Part shown: positions 10,498-19,605 of the stretch, one piece after another
Layout: the number at the start of each line of letters is the position of its first letter
How positions within the stretch are numbered: position 1 is the first letter of the stretch
Origin: Planctomycetota bacterium
GTDB lineage: Bacteria > Planctomycetota > SZUA-567 > H5-PLA8
Direction: 5' to 3'
DNA: 64,000 bases
Assembly (NCBI GenBank): GCA_037129555.1
Contig: JBAXUS010000007.1
Span: 5,525-69,524, forward strand
Program-made: the position numbers and the translations under genes
The notes under the pieces: model-generated
The model's input: the letters and a program-made list of their open reading frames with translations, nothing else
Told to the model about the DNA's origin: nothing
Databases searched by the model: none

Positions 10498-10612
10498 GGC
10501 CTCATTCGTAAATTCGAAATCCTATAATTTCATAGACAAACCATAGCAATCGCTCCAAACAAAATATCGACCGCAGCCCAATCATCCTCCAAGGCGCGGT
10601 GTACGAATTGAC

Positions 10613-12040
10613 ATGAAAACGCATCGCATAGTTTCAACACTGATCCTTGTTCTTTACGCCACGTTTCTCTCTTCCGCCGACGTGCCCACTCTTCGTGCGG
10701 GTGCGTCGGCTGTTGATATTTCGCCGAAAGAATTTCCGCTGAATATGCCCGGCGGGTTCGCTGCGAACATGGCCGAGAGCGTTCACGATCCGCTCTTTGC
10801 CCGGGCGATGGTGTTAAGCGATGGCAAGACGACTCTCGCGATGGTTCTCGTGGACAACCTTGGCGCGGGGCCGGACGTGCTCGATGAAGCCAAAGCCAGT
10901 GCGTCCAAGTCGACGGGAATCCCTGCGGACAAAATACTCGTCAGTTCCACGCACACTCACTCCGGACCACCGTTGACGGCGAAGGGCGCTGCGCCGGCCA
11001 TTGCGTATCGCAAAGTCTTCGTGGACGGCGTCGCTGAGGCCATCGTCCGCGCCCATGCAGCGCTGCAACCGGCGTCGTTCGGAACCGCGACGCATCCGCT
11101 GCCTGAAGAGGTGTTCAATCGGCGCTGGTATCTCAAGCCCGGCAAAATGCCGTTGAATCCGTACGGCGCGTTGGACACGGTGAAGATGAATCCGGGCACA
11201 ACTCCGGACGTGCTCGACCATCCCGCCGGGCCGACCGATCCGGACATCACGATCATCTCGATAATGGACGCCAAACGCCGGCCGCTGGCATTGTTCGCAA
11301 ATTATTCGCTGCACTATGTCGGAGCCACCCCGCCGGGACAAATTTCAGCCGATTATTTCGGCGAGTTCGCGCGGCTAATGAATTCACGGTTGCGGGCAGA
11401 CGAGAAGTTCGTCGCGGCGATGACGAACGGGACATCGGGCGACATCAACAATATTCCCTTCGGAATCACGCGCCCGCCGCGCGAACCGTTTGAACAGATT
11501 CGCCTCGTCGCTGCGAAGGCTGCGGATGCTGCGTGGTTTGCGTACAGGAAAATCGAGAAGCATCGCCCGGACGTATGTCTCGGAATGCTGCAGCGGGAGA
11601 TCCCGCTGACGTATCGCCGCCCGACGCCGGAACAAGTCGCTGCTGCAAAAGCCGTCGTTGCCATTACGGATAAAGATGCCATCGCCAAACTGCCTAATCT
11701 CGCTCAGAACTATGCGCGCAGCACGATCAATGCGGCTGAGCGTCCGGAGGAAAAGATCGTCGTAAAAATCCAGGCGATTCGCATCGGCGATTTGGCTGTC
11801 TGCTGTATCCCGTTTGAGACGTTCTGCGAAACCGGTCTCGACCTCAAAAAGCGCAACCCATTCCCGCAAACGATGGTGATCGGTTTGGCCAACGGACGCC
11901 ACGGCTACCTTCCGACCCCTGAGCAACACAAACTCGGCGGCTACGAAACGTGGCTTGGAACGAATGTCGTTCAGGAAGATACGTCGGTGATTTTAACTAA
12001 CAATTTGTTGGAGATGTTGAGTGAGTTAAAGAAGGAATAA
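10613..12040 (+). CDS. Secreted hypothetical hydrolase, neutral/alkaline ceramidase-N-terminal-like
   Basis: Signal peptide. GASAVDISPKEFPLNMPGGF...HDPLFARAMVL...SSTHTHSGP resembles the neutral ceramidase N-domain. The function call is tentative. Confidence 0.45.
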   Translation: MKTHRIVSTLILVLYATFLSSADVPTLRAGASAVDISPKEFPLNMPGGFAANMAESVHDPLFARAMVLSDGKTTLAMVLVDNLGAGPDVLDEAKASASKSTGIPADKILVSSTHTHSGPPLTAKGAAPAIAYRKVFVDGVAEAIVRAHAALQPASFGTATHPLPEEVFNRRWYLKPGKMPLNPYGALDTVKMNPGTTPDVLDHPAGPTDPDITIISIMDAKRRPLALFANYSLHYVGATPPGQISADYFGEFARLMNSRLRADEKFVAAMTNGTSGDINNIPFGITRPPREPFEQIRLVAAKAADAAWFAYRKIEKHRPDVCLGMLQREIPLTYRRPTPEQVAAAKAVVAITDKDAIAKLPNLAQNYARSTINAAERPEEKIVVKIQAIRIGDLAVCCIPFETFCETGLDLKKRNPFPQTMVIGLANGRHGYLPTPEQHKLGGYETWLGTNVVQEDTSVILTNNLLEMLSELKKE

Positions 12041-12041
12041 C

Positions 12042-12887
12042 ATGCCGATTTCAACGCGCTATGTCCGGCCGAAAAACAAACACTTCAAGTGGCGCGACGC
12101 CGTGATTCGCTTGGCTCTTTATCTCGTCGTCCTTCCGTACTCGATCCTGTTTGTGTACGCACTCTTTTTTTCGAACGGTGTCGTCTTCCAACCGCCTGCG
12201 CCGAGCTATTCGACGATGCCGGGTCTCATCGCGTTGAAGGACCGCGACGGAAATCCAATCGCCGCCGTTTATCTTCCGAACGAATCGGCGAGCCAGACAA
12301 TTCTGTACAGCCACGGGAACGCCGAGGATATCGGAGAAGTGTACGGTGATTTGAAGCGACTGCATGACCTCGGTTTCGCGGTACTCGCGTACGATTATCC
12401 TGGCTACGGAAAAAGCAGCGGGCGGCCTTCGGAAGCAGGCGTGTATCGAGCGATTGATGCTGCGTATGCGCACCTGACCGACACGCTTCACATATCGCCG
12501 GACCGAATTCTAATCTGGGGCCGGTCCGTGGGTGGCGGGCCATCGGTTGATCTTGCGTCGCGAAAAAAAGTGGGCGGGCTCATTTTGGAGAGCACATTCG
12601 TTTCGGCGTTTCGCGTGTTGACCGTCTGGCCCATTCTTCCGTTCGATACATTCAACAACATCGGAAAAATTGGAAACGTGAAGTGCCCAGTCTTGGTGAT
12701 TCATGGCAGACGCGATGAAGTCGTTCCGTTTCACCACGGCGAAAAACTCTTCAATGCCGCGAATGAGCCGAAGCGATTTAGTCCAATTGACTCTGCGCAT
12801 CACAACGATGTGTTGAGCAGAGGCGGGGCGGGGTTGGAGAAGGCGGTGCAGGACTTCGCGCGCAGTTTGAATTTTCTAAATTTGTAA
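12042..12887 (+). CDS. Alpha/beta hydrolase (BEM46/ABHD-like) with an N-terminal TM helix
   Basis: Nucleophile elbow GRSVGGG, a later D and H (VIHGRRDEVV, SAHHND). The start is 1 nt after the previous stop. Confidence 0.75.
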   Translation: MPISTRYVRPKNKHFKWRDAVIRLALYLVVLPYSILFVYALFFSNGVVFQPPAPSYSTMPGLIALKDRDGNPIAAVYLPNESASQTILYSHGNAEDIGEVYGDLKRLHDLGFAVLAYDYPGYGKSSGRPSEAGVYRAIDAAYAHLTDTLHISPDRILIWGRSVGGGPSVDLASRKKVGGLILESTFVSAFRVLTVWPILPFDTFNNIGKIGNVKCPVLVIHGRRDEVVPFHHGEKLFNAANEPKRFSPIDSAHHNDVLSRGGAGLEKAVQDFARSLNFLNL

Positions 12888-12888
12888 C

Positions 12889-12916
12889 TTGCATCCCCCT
12901 TATAACACGTTACTAT
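12889..12916 (+). promoter_or_regulatory. Candidate promoter for rplC (TTGCAT-N16-TACTAT)
   Basis: Read directly, 2 nt after the upstream stop codon. A 118-nt leader follows. Confidence 0.3.
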
Positions 12917-13034
12917 TCTACCTCCAAATTTAGGGCGCGTACAAATCGGCATGTGAGCCGGTCTGGAACCTCCGCCCAAAGCACGGACCGTTGCCACTTG
13001 TAAGGGCGCGGACCTCAACCACGGGAGACACACG

Positions 13035-13718
13035 ATGTCCTCAGCAACAACGATTTTGGGCCGGAAGATCGGCATGACTCAGATATTTGGCGAAAAGGGC
13101 GTACGCATTCCGGTTACCGTGATTGAAGCCGGTCCGTGCAAAGTGCTCCAGGTCAAGACGCTCAAGTCCGACGGCTACAACTCGATCCAGCTCGGCTTCG
13201 CCGATGCCAAGGAAAAGAATACGCCGAAGCCCGTTCTCGGCCACTGCGAAAAAGCCGGTTCAGGTCCCAAGCGCTTCATTCGTGAAGTCCGCTTGAACGC
13301 CGAAGCCGTTGACAAAATCGGCGATGTAATCCAGGCTAACATTTTCGAAGGAATTACCTTCGTTGACGTGACCGGAATCAGCAAAGGAAAAGGTTTTCAG
13401 GGCGTCATGAAGCGCCACAACTTCCACGGCATGCCTGCGTCGCACGGTTGTTCGAAGCGCCATCGCGCGCCCGGTGGTTTGGGCCGTCAGAACTCCATCA
13501 ATAAGGGTGTTCCGAAGGGCAAGAAAATGGCCGGCCACATGGGCTCCGAGAAGGTCACGATTCAGGGCTTGAAGGTCGTCCGCATCGATATCGAAAATAA
13601 CATCCTGTTGGTCAAGGGTGCGATTCCGGGCGCAAACGGCGGCTACGTCATTGTGAAGAAGGCCATCGTCGAAAAGAAGATCGCCGACGCCATCGCCAAA
13701 GCCAAAGCCTCTAAGTAA
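13035..13718 (+). CDS. rplC: 50S ribosomal protein L3
   Basis: ILGRKIGMTQIF, GKGFQGVMKRHNFHGMPASHG, KGKKMAGHMG. Confidence 0.95.
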   Translation: MSSATTILGRKIGMTQIFGEKGVRIPVTVIEAGPCKVLQVKTLKSDGYNSIQLGFADAKEKNTPKPVLGHCEKAGSGPKRFIREVRLNAEAVDKIGDVIQANIFEGITFVDVTGISKGKGFQGVMKRHNFHGMPASHGCSKRHRAPGGLGRQNSINKGVPKGKKMAGHMGSEKVTIQGLKVVRIDIENNILLVKGAIPGANGGYVIVKKAIVEKKIADAIAKAKASK

Positions 13719-13729
13719 AACATAAAACG

Positions 13730-13766
13730 TGACGCGCGCGCATCTGGCGCGCGCGTCATTTTCTTT
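13730..13766 (+). terminator. Rho-independent terminator after rplC
   Basis: 12-bp GC stem tgacgcgcgcgc / gcgcgcgcgtca, 5-nt loop, then ttttctttatt. Confidence 0.9.
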
Positions 13767-13807
13767 ATTCTCGCAACACGAGCTCCAAACGTCTGGGCAA
13801 AGCACTT

Positions 13808-14542
13808 ATGGACTGGACGCCTCCCGAAAATCTCGACCTCCAAACAATTCTAAACGAAGCCAAAGACGATGGTCTTGCCGGTCGCTACGAACTCGCGCTG
13901 TCCAAGCATATCTGGTTTCATCGTAACGCGCTCAGGTTGCAGCCATCCATTTACGGCGTCCGCCTGACGTTCGGAATTGCCTACTGGAAAACGCTCACCG
14001 AGCACTACCCGCCCGCATTAACCGCACTGCTTGAAGTTCGCAACTCCGCCGAGAAATCGATTCGCAGCTACCTCGTTTCTGGCGACACCTTACGTGATGC
14101 GTTTCATGAATTCGAAGCGATCAATAAGCTCTTCGACGAAACCGCGCGAACGTGTGATCTGTTCACGTGGCTCGATGAATTCCAACCGGACGTGGCGCGA
14201 CAGTTGTATCGCATCGCCCAGTCCGCGTTGATTCGTAACCGCGACTGGAAGATGTGTGGCAAATTCATCGATCCGAAAGCGATGTACGAGTGGTCATTGA
14301 AGCGCTACCGGAACAAGAAGGACCTCGCTGAAGATCCGAAATACGGCATCAACATGCGCGCGTTTGGCGAGAAATGTTTCGCCAATGAAATCGCGATTCT
14401 CGTCGCACTTTTATATTTGAACGGTCGCGACGAAGAGTCCGAACAGCTTGCGATGGATGCGCTGAAAGAATTTGAAAACGAAGACTTCGCATCACTCCTG
14501 AAAGAATCGCTCACCGGTGTCGTTGCAACCCCGTGGCCATAG
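13808..14542 (+). CDS. Hypothetical helical protein
   Basis: 244-aa ORF with coding-like composition. No recognisable motif. Confidence 0.5.
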   Translation: MDWTPPENLDLQTILNEAKDDGLAGRYELALSKHIWFHRNALRLQPSIYGVRLTFGIAYWKTLTEHYPPALTALLEVRNSAEKSIRSYLVSGDTLRDAFHEFEAINKLFDETARTCDLFTWLDEFQPDVARQLYRIAQSALIRNRDWKMCGKFIDPKAMYEWSLKRYRNKKDLAEDPKYGINMRAFGEKCFANEIAILVALLYLNGRDEESEQLAMDALKEFENEDFASLLKESLTGVVATPWP

Positions 14543-14575
14543 TGCTCTGGGGCCGGAAAATCCCAGCCTTCTTGT

Positions 14576-16519
14576 CTAAAACTCCCAACGATGCGGCTTG
14601 GTCGCTGATTTCAAATCAATCCAATCCACCGACACGGGTTGCTTTTGCGCGGGCAGATAAATGCGCAGAATTCCCAGCGGTCCGGTTGCAGGAATCTCGA
14701 TCTTGATCTCCTGCCAGTCCCCGGCCTTCAATGTAAACGCAAGCGACTTCGCACTGGCCGTGTTGGCCGCCGATGGCATCCATTCCACTTTGCCTTCACC
14801 GCCATCCGAGCATTTTGCGCGGAACGTCACAGTCGCCGGACCGTTGGTTCCAGGAGCGACTCCTAAAAACGGAGCATCGCTTTTACCTTTGATCGTCACG
14901 ATTCCGTCCTTCACATCGGCGTCACAATTTCGCGCTTTCCAACCCTGCAACTTCGGATCGGAATCATCTTTTTTCGCGATCGCAGGTGCCGCCTCTTTCG
15001 GCTTTTTCTCAGCCGGATGCTTTGCTTTCGGCGTTGACTTTCCTTCATCTTCGGGATGATACTGCTTGTGATCAAACGCTGGGTTTGCAATCGGCACGAC
15101 TGCTTTGGTATCAACTAAAAACGCCTCGATCTGCGCGTCAAGTTCCTTCACGCGCTCCGGTTCTTTCGTCGCGAGATTGTTTTTCTCACCAAGATCATCG
15201 CGCAGATTGAAGAGCATTTGCCGGTGCTCCGCGTTTTCGCCACCGTGGAAGATGCGAATCAATTTCCAATCGCCGCTGTGAATCGCGACGGCTGGCGGCA
15301 GCCAATCGGGCACTGCCGGATCGTGCGGAAAGTACGTGAACGTCGCTGGCCGCTCAAACGACTCGCCCTTGAACGCGCGCAGCACACTTATTCCATCGAA
15401 GCGCTGGTTCGGAAACGGATGAATCTTCAACGCGTCCAAAAACGTCGGATAGAAATCCTCGCTTTGCACGAGAAAATCGCTGCGCGTTTTCGGTTGAACG
15501 ACGCCCGGCCACGCGACAATCAGCGGCACCCGGACTCCGCCTTCAAACACCGTCGCCTTCCCGCCGCGCAACGGTCGGTTGCTCGTCGCCGTCGTGCCGT
15601 CGACATCGTTGTACATGTTGCCGCCGTTGTCGGACGTGAAGACAATGATCGTGTGCTCGCTGATTTTCAAACGATCCAGCGTGTCCATCAACGTCCCAAC
15701 CGCATCGTCCATACTTTCGACCATCGCCGCATACGTCGGGCAGCGCTGCAAATCAGTCGGATCGACGAGACCTTTATACTTCTCAATCAACGCCTTCTTC
15801 GCGTCAAACGGAGCATGAACACTGAACATCCAGTAGTTCAAATAAAACGGCGTGTCCTTGTTTTTCTCGATCCACTTGACCGCCTCCTTCGCCATTCGAT
15901 CTTCGAGGTGCTGATTGGGTTCGTCGGGATCGTGGTCGAAATCTTTGAACTTCCACGGAGCGACGTAACTCCCCGCCGGCCCCGGTCCCGGCCAATGCGG
16001 CACGTCCACATCGAAGCCCTGTTGCAGCGGCGAATACGGTTCCGAACCAAGATGCCACTTTCCGAAATGCCCCGTCGCGTACCCTGCCGCTTTCAATGAT
16101 TTCGCCAGCGTGTGGTAATCCGTTTTTAATCGCGTCGGCGGATTTGGAGCGATTGATTTTTTGTCCGCTGGAGCCTTTTTCCCAATCGTCGCTTCGAGCA
16201 CGACTTGAGCGACGTGACAATTCGGAGTCGTAATGCCGGTACGCGCTGGGCTAAGTCCGGTGAGTATCGCCGAGCGTGTCGGCGAGCACAACGGACTGGC
16301 CGAATAACCGCGCGTGAACGTCATCCCGCGTTGCGCAAGCCGCTCAATATTCGGAGTGCGATACAATTTCGTATGGCCGTAAAGCGTCGTGTCCGCCCAA
16401 CCCAAATCGTCCGCAAGAATGAACACAATATTCGGTTTCGCTGGCACCTCTGCGGCATGGACACAAAGCGCCGCAATCAAAAATAGTGCAGCGGCACATA
16501 CGCCAATGAATCGAATCAT
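14576..16519 (-). CDS. Arylsulfatase-family sulfatase with an extra C-terminal beta-rich domain
   Basis: Signal peptide from MIRF (start 16519 preferred). [10 protein letters not shown] and the FGly motif [12 protein letters not shown] Lys/Pro linker and a roughly 150-aa C-terminal domain follow. Confidence 0.88.
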   Translation of the reverse strand: MIRFIGVCAAALFLIAALCVHAAEVPAKPNIVFILADDLGWADTTLYGHTKLYRTPNIERLAQRGMTFTRGYSASPLCSPTRSAILTGLSPARTGITTPNCHVAQVVLEATIGKKAPADKKSIAPNPPTRLKTDYHTLAKSLKAAGYATGHFGKWHLGSEPYSPLQQGFDVDVPHWPGPGPAGSYVAPWKFKDFDHDPDEPNQHLEDRMAKEAVKWIEKNKDTPFYLNYWMFSVHAPFDAKKALIEKYKGLVDPTDLQRCPTYAAMVESMDDAVGTLMDTLDRLKISEHTIIVFTSDNGGNMYNDVDGTTATSNRPLRGGKATVFEGGVRVPLIVAWPGVVQPKTRSDFLVQSEDFYPTFLDALKIHPFPNQRFDGISVLRAFKGESFERPATFTYFPHDPAVPDWLPPAVAIHSGDWKLIRIFHGGENAEHRQMLFNLRDDLGEKNNLATKEPERVKELDAQIEAFLVDTKAVVPIANPAFDHKQYHPEDEGKSTPKAKHPAEKKPKEAAPAIAKKDDSDPKLQGWKARNCDADVKDGIVTIKGKSDAPFLGVAPGTNGPATVTFRAKCSDGGEGKVEWMPSAANTASAKSLAFTLKAGDWQEIKIEIPATGPLGILRIYLPAQKQPVSVDWIDLKSATKPHRWEF

Positions 16520-16529
16520 TATGGAGCCT

Positions 16530-17978
16530 TTACTTAGCATTTGTCTTCGGGGCGGGGGAGTCGAAATCAATCAGCGGCTTCGGATTTTCAACGCGTCCGA
16601 GTTCGCGCGCGCCGGGGCCGACGCCGTTGATGCCAAGGTCATCTTTCATCGCAGCCACCAGCTCTTGCAATTTCGCGACAACCTCCGGATTCGCGGCGAA
16701 CACGTCTGTCGCTTCACCAATGTCTGATTTCAAATTATACAGCTTGGGCTGGAACTGCTTGTCTGCGGCATTATCCACATGTCCTATCGAAATCTGCAAT
16801 TTCCAATCACCACTGCGCACCGCGTTGAGACGCAATCCATTGAAATAATAGTACGTGTCGTGCGGCGGCTTGGCGTTCACATCCCCAGCCAAAACCGGCC
16901 AGAGATTCACACCGTCGATCTTGCGATCCGTCGGAACCGCAGCGCCTGCGAGTGCCGCGAAAGTTGGCATGACATCGAACATGCTGGTGATCGCGTCGGA
17001 CGATGTACCAGCCGGAATCTGCCCCGGCCACCACGCAATCGTCGGCACGCGCATACCGCCCTCAAGCGTCGAACCTTTGAATCCGCGCAACGGCGCATTC
17101 ACCGCGCGCTGAGTCCCGCCATTGTCGCTGGTAAAGATGACGAGCGTCTTTTCCGACAGCCCATTTTCTTTGAGCGATTCGAAAATCTTGCCCACACTCC
17201 AATCGACTTCTTCCACCCAATCCGAATAAATTCCGTGCGGCGATTTCCCAGCCCATTTCTTGCCCGGATAAATCGGAAAGTGAACCGCGTTGTGCGGAAT
17301 ATAAAGGAGGAACGGAGCCGCTTTATGTTCGCCAATGAACTTCACAGCTTCGTCGGTGTAAATTTCAACGAGCGACTGCTGGTCATCCTGGCGCACGCGT
17401 TTCTCGACTTTTCCATTGCGTAACAACGCGAGCGGCGGTTGCCCTTTGCCGCCTTGTTTCGGAGTCGGCTTGCCAAGATCGCTCTTGGATCCATCTTCTG
17501 CGGTGCCCATATCGTTCGAATACGGCAGCCCGAAATGCAGATCAAAACCTTGGTTATTCGGAAGGAATTCTGGCTGATCGCCCAAGTGCCATTTGCCAAT
17601 AATGGCCGTCGCGTAGCCGACTGTTTTCAGCACTTCCGCCACTGTGATTTCTTTCGGCGAAAGCCCCGTCGCTCCAACTGGGAACAGCACATGCGGAATC
17701 GGTAATGCACGCTTGGCATAGCACCCGGTCATCAACGCCGCTCGTGATGGAGAACACACCGGAGCCGCATAAAACGACGTGAGCTTCAGCCCCTCTTTCG
17801 CCATTTTATCGAGGTTCGGCGTTCGATTAATCGTCGAGCCAAACGGACCGATGTCGGCATAGCCCATGTCATCAATGTTGATAAAAACGAAATTCGGTTT
17901 CGCTGGGCGATCCGCCGCGAACGACACACCGGCAAACATTAACGCGACGACCGCAAGCAGAGCGATGATTCGTTTCAT
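16530..17978 (-). CDS. Sulfatase
   Basis: Signal peptide [21 protein letters not shown] (start 17978). [10 protein letters not shown] and the FGly motif [11 protein letters not shown]. Confidence 0.88.
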   Translation of the reverse strand: MKRIIALLAVVALMFAGVSFAADRPAKPNFVFINIDDMGYADIGPFGSTINRTPNLDKMAKEGLKLTSFYAAPVCSPSRAALMTGCYAKRALPIPHVLFPVGATGLSPKEITVAEVLKTVGYATAIIGKWHLGDQPEFLPNNQGFDLHFGLPYSNDMGTAEDGSKSDLGKPTPKQGGKGQPPLALLRNGKVEKRVRQDDQQSLVEIYTDEAVKFIGEHKAAPFLLYIPHNAVHFPIYPGKKWAGKSPHGIYSDWVEEVDWSVGKIFESLKENGLSEKTLVIFTSDNGGTQRAVNAPLRGFKGSTLEGGMRVPTIAWWPGQIPAGTSSDAITSMFDVMPTFAALAGAAVPTDRKIDGVNLWPVLAGDVNAKPPHDTYYYFNGLRLNAVRSGDWKLQISIGHVDNAADKQFQPKLYNLKSDIGEATDVFAANPEVVAKLQELVAAMKDDLGINGVGPGARELGRVENPKPLIDFDSPAPKTNAK

Positions 17979-18038
17979 GGAGATTCTTTCAAATGGAATA
18001 AAATGGGCGGCCAGAAAAGGCCGCCCAGGTATGCTCAC

Positions 18039-18944
18039 TTAGAATTTCACGGCTTCGAGGAATTTGAGCGAGACGGGTATCTGCTCTTCAGATGTCGGCG
18101 ATTCGTCTTCAATGAAATAATACTTCGCGCCATTCTTCGCCGCTGCGGGAAGAATCTCCGTCCAATTCATCTGGCCGGTTCCCAGCGCGACATCGTTCTT
18201 GACGTCCGTTTTTCCCATGAGGCTGCCAAGTTTTAAATCCTTATTCATGTCCTTCAAGTGCACCAACTCCCAGCGCCCGGAATATTTTTCAAATAACTTC
18301 GCCGGACTTTGCCCTGGGAACACGACCCAGAAAACGTCCATCTGAAACGCGACATATTCCTTCTTTGTTTCGGCCATCAACAGGTCAAACAGCGTCCCAT
18401 CTTTATACGGCTGGAATTCGTATCCGTGGCAATGATAGAAAAGTCGGATGCCTTCTTTCGCGAGAATCTCGCCGGCCTTGTTGAAGACCGCCGCCGCTTC
18501 CCGGCACGTCGCTTCGTCGAAGTCCCCTTTATGATCAATCCACGCGCAACCAGCAAATTTCAATCCCAACGCTTTCGCTTCTTTCGCCACGCTCGCCGGA
18601 TCGCTCTTGTACTTTCCATATGAGAAATGCCCGCTGATCGCCGTCAATCCGCGCTCGGCCAACATGGTGTTGAACTTTTCCGCAGGCAAATTGTACGTCC
18701 CGGCGAGTTCGACATTCTTGATTCCCATCGCCTTGACTTTATCGAGCGTGGCCGGAACGCCATTGGCCATAAATTGATTGCGCAGGCTGTATAGCTGCAA
18801 ACCAATCGGACCTTTGAACGACTCGCCCGTCCCGGCATCAGCGGCATGAAGAGAAATCGAAATCAAAGCGAGACACAACACGATAATGAGTTTGCGCACG
18901 GACGGATGCTCCTGATGAGAAAAAATAGATACACCTATGTACAC
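18039..18944 (-). CDS. Secreted sugar-phosphate isomerase/epimerase (xylose-isomerase-like TIM barrel)
   Basis: Signal-like N-terminus. FYHCHGYEF...VHLKD...YYFIEDE is the typical AP_endonuc_2 pattern. Confidence 0.7.
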   Translation of the reverse strand: MYIGVSIFSHQEHPSVRKLIIVLCLALISISLHAADAGTGESFKGPIGLQLYSLRNQFMANGVPATLDKVKAMGIKNVELAGTYNLPAEKFNTMLAERGLTAISGHFSYGKYKSDPASVAKEAKALGLKFAGCAWIDHKGDFDEATCREAAAVFNKAGEILAKEGIRLFYHCHGYEFQPYKDGTLFDLLMAETKKEYVAFQMDVFWVVFPGQSPAKLFEKYSGRWELVHLKDMNKDLKLGSLMGKTDVKNDVALGTGQMNWTEILPAAAKNGAKYYFIEDESPTSEEQIPVSLKFLEAVKF

Positions 18945-19009
18945 CGTGAGTCATACAGATGCATTCAATGAAAGCCAAGTAAAAAAAGCCGCTCCGCGAA
19001 TGGGTCGTC

Positions 19010-19594
19010 TTACTTTTTCTTCTTGGTCTCTTCTTCGTGGCCAGGCAATTCGATGTGTGCTTTTTTCAATACCTCTTCGAGCGCAGTGCGATTTGTTTTG
19101 GCCGGATCAATCCACAACTTCAAAATGCCTTTTTCGGAATTGACCTGCGCGCGTTCGACACCATCGACCTTGCTCACGGCTGAGTAAACGCCGTAGCGGC
19201 AGCCTTTGCAATCCAACATGCCGACGTTGAATTCTTCGACCTTTTCTTTGTCTTTTGCCAGCGTACTGAGCGGCTTGAACGTAAAAGAGCCGCGCGATGC
19301 GTTGTGAAGCAACTCATTCAACCGCTTCTCAATTGCTTCTGGAGTTGGTGGCTTCTTTTTGAAATTTTGCCCCGGGAAGAGCTTTTCGAATTCGTATGTG
19401 AGCACGACTTCCGTCGAATCAAAATCGACGGACACCAGCGAGATGTCCGGCATCGTCTTCGCGAACTCTTTGAAGTCATCGACGCGGTCCGCCGAACACA
19501 ATCCCATGAGCCGGAATTTGGATTCTTCAGCTTGTGACGCACCGAATAAAAGTGAAGCCAGCAGGACAACTGTACCGATTGCATTTCGTTTCAT
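19010..19594 (-). CDS. Secreted protein with one degenerate and one intact HMA (heavy-metal-associated)-like domain
   Basis: Signal peptide. The second domain is VGMLDCKGCRYGVYSAVSKVDGVERAQV (CxxC). The first is RLMGLCSADRV (single Cys). Confidence 0.55.
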   Translation of the reverse strand: MKRNAIGTVVLLASLLFGASQAEESKFRLMGLCSADRVDDFKEFAKTMPDISLVSVDFDSTEVVLTYEFEKLFPGQNFKKKPPTPEAIEKRLNELLHNASRGSFTFKPLSTLAKDKEKVEEFNVGMLDCKGCRYGVYSAVSKVDGVERAQVNSEKGILKLWIDPAKTNRTALEEVLKKAHIELPGHEEETKKKK

Positions 19595-19605
19595 AGGGGT
19601 AGTCT

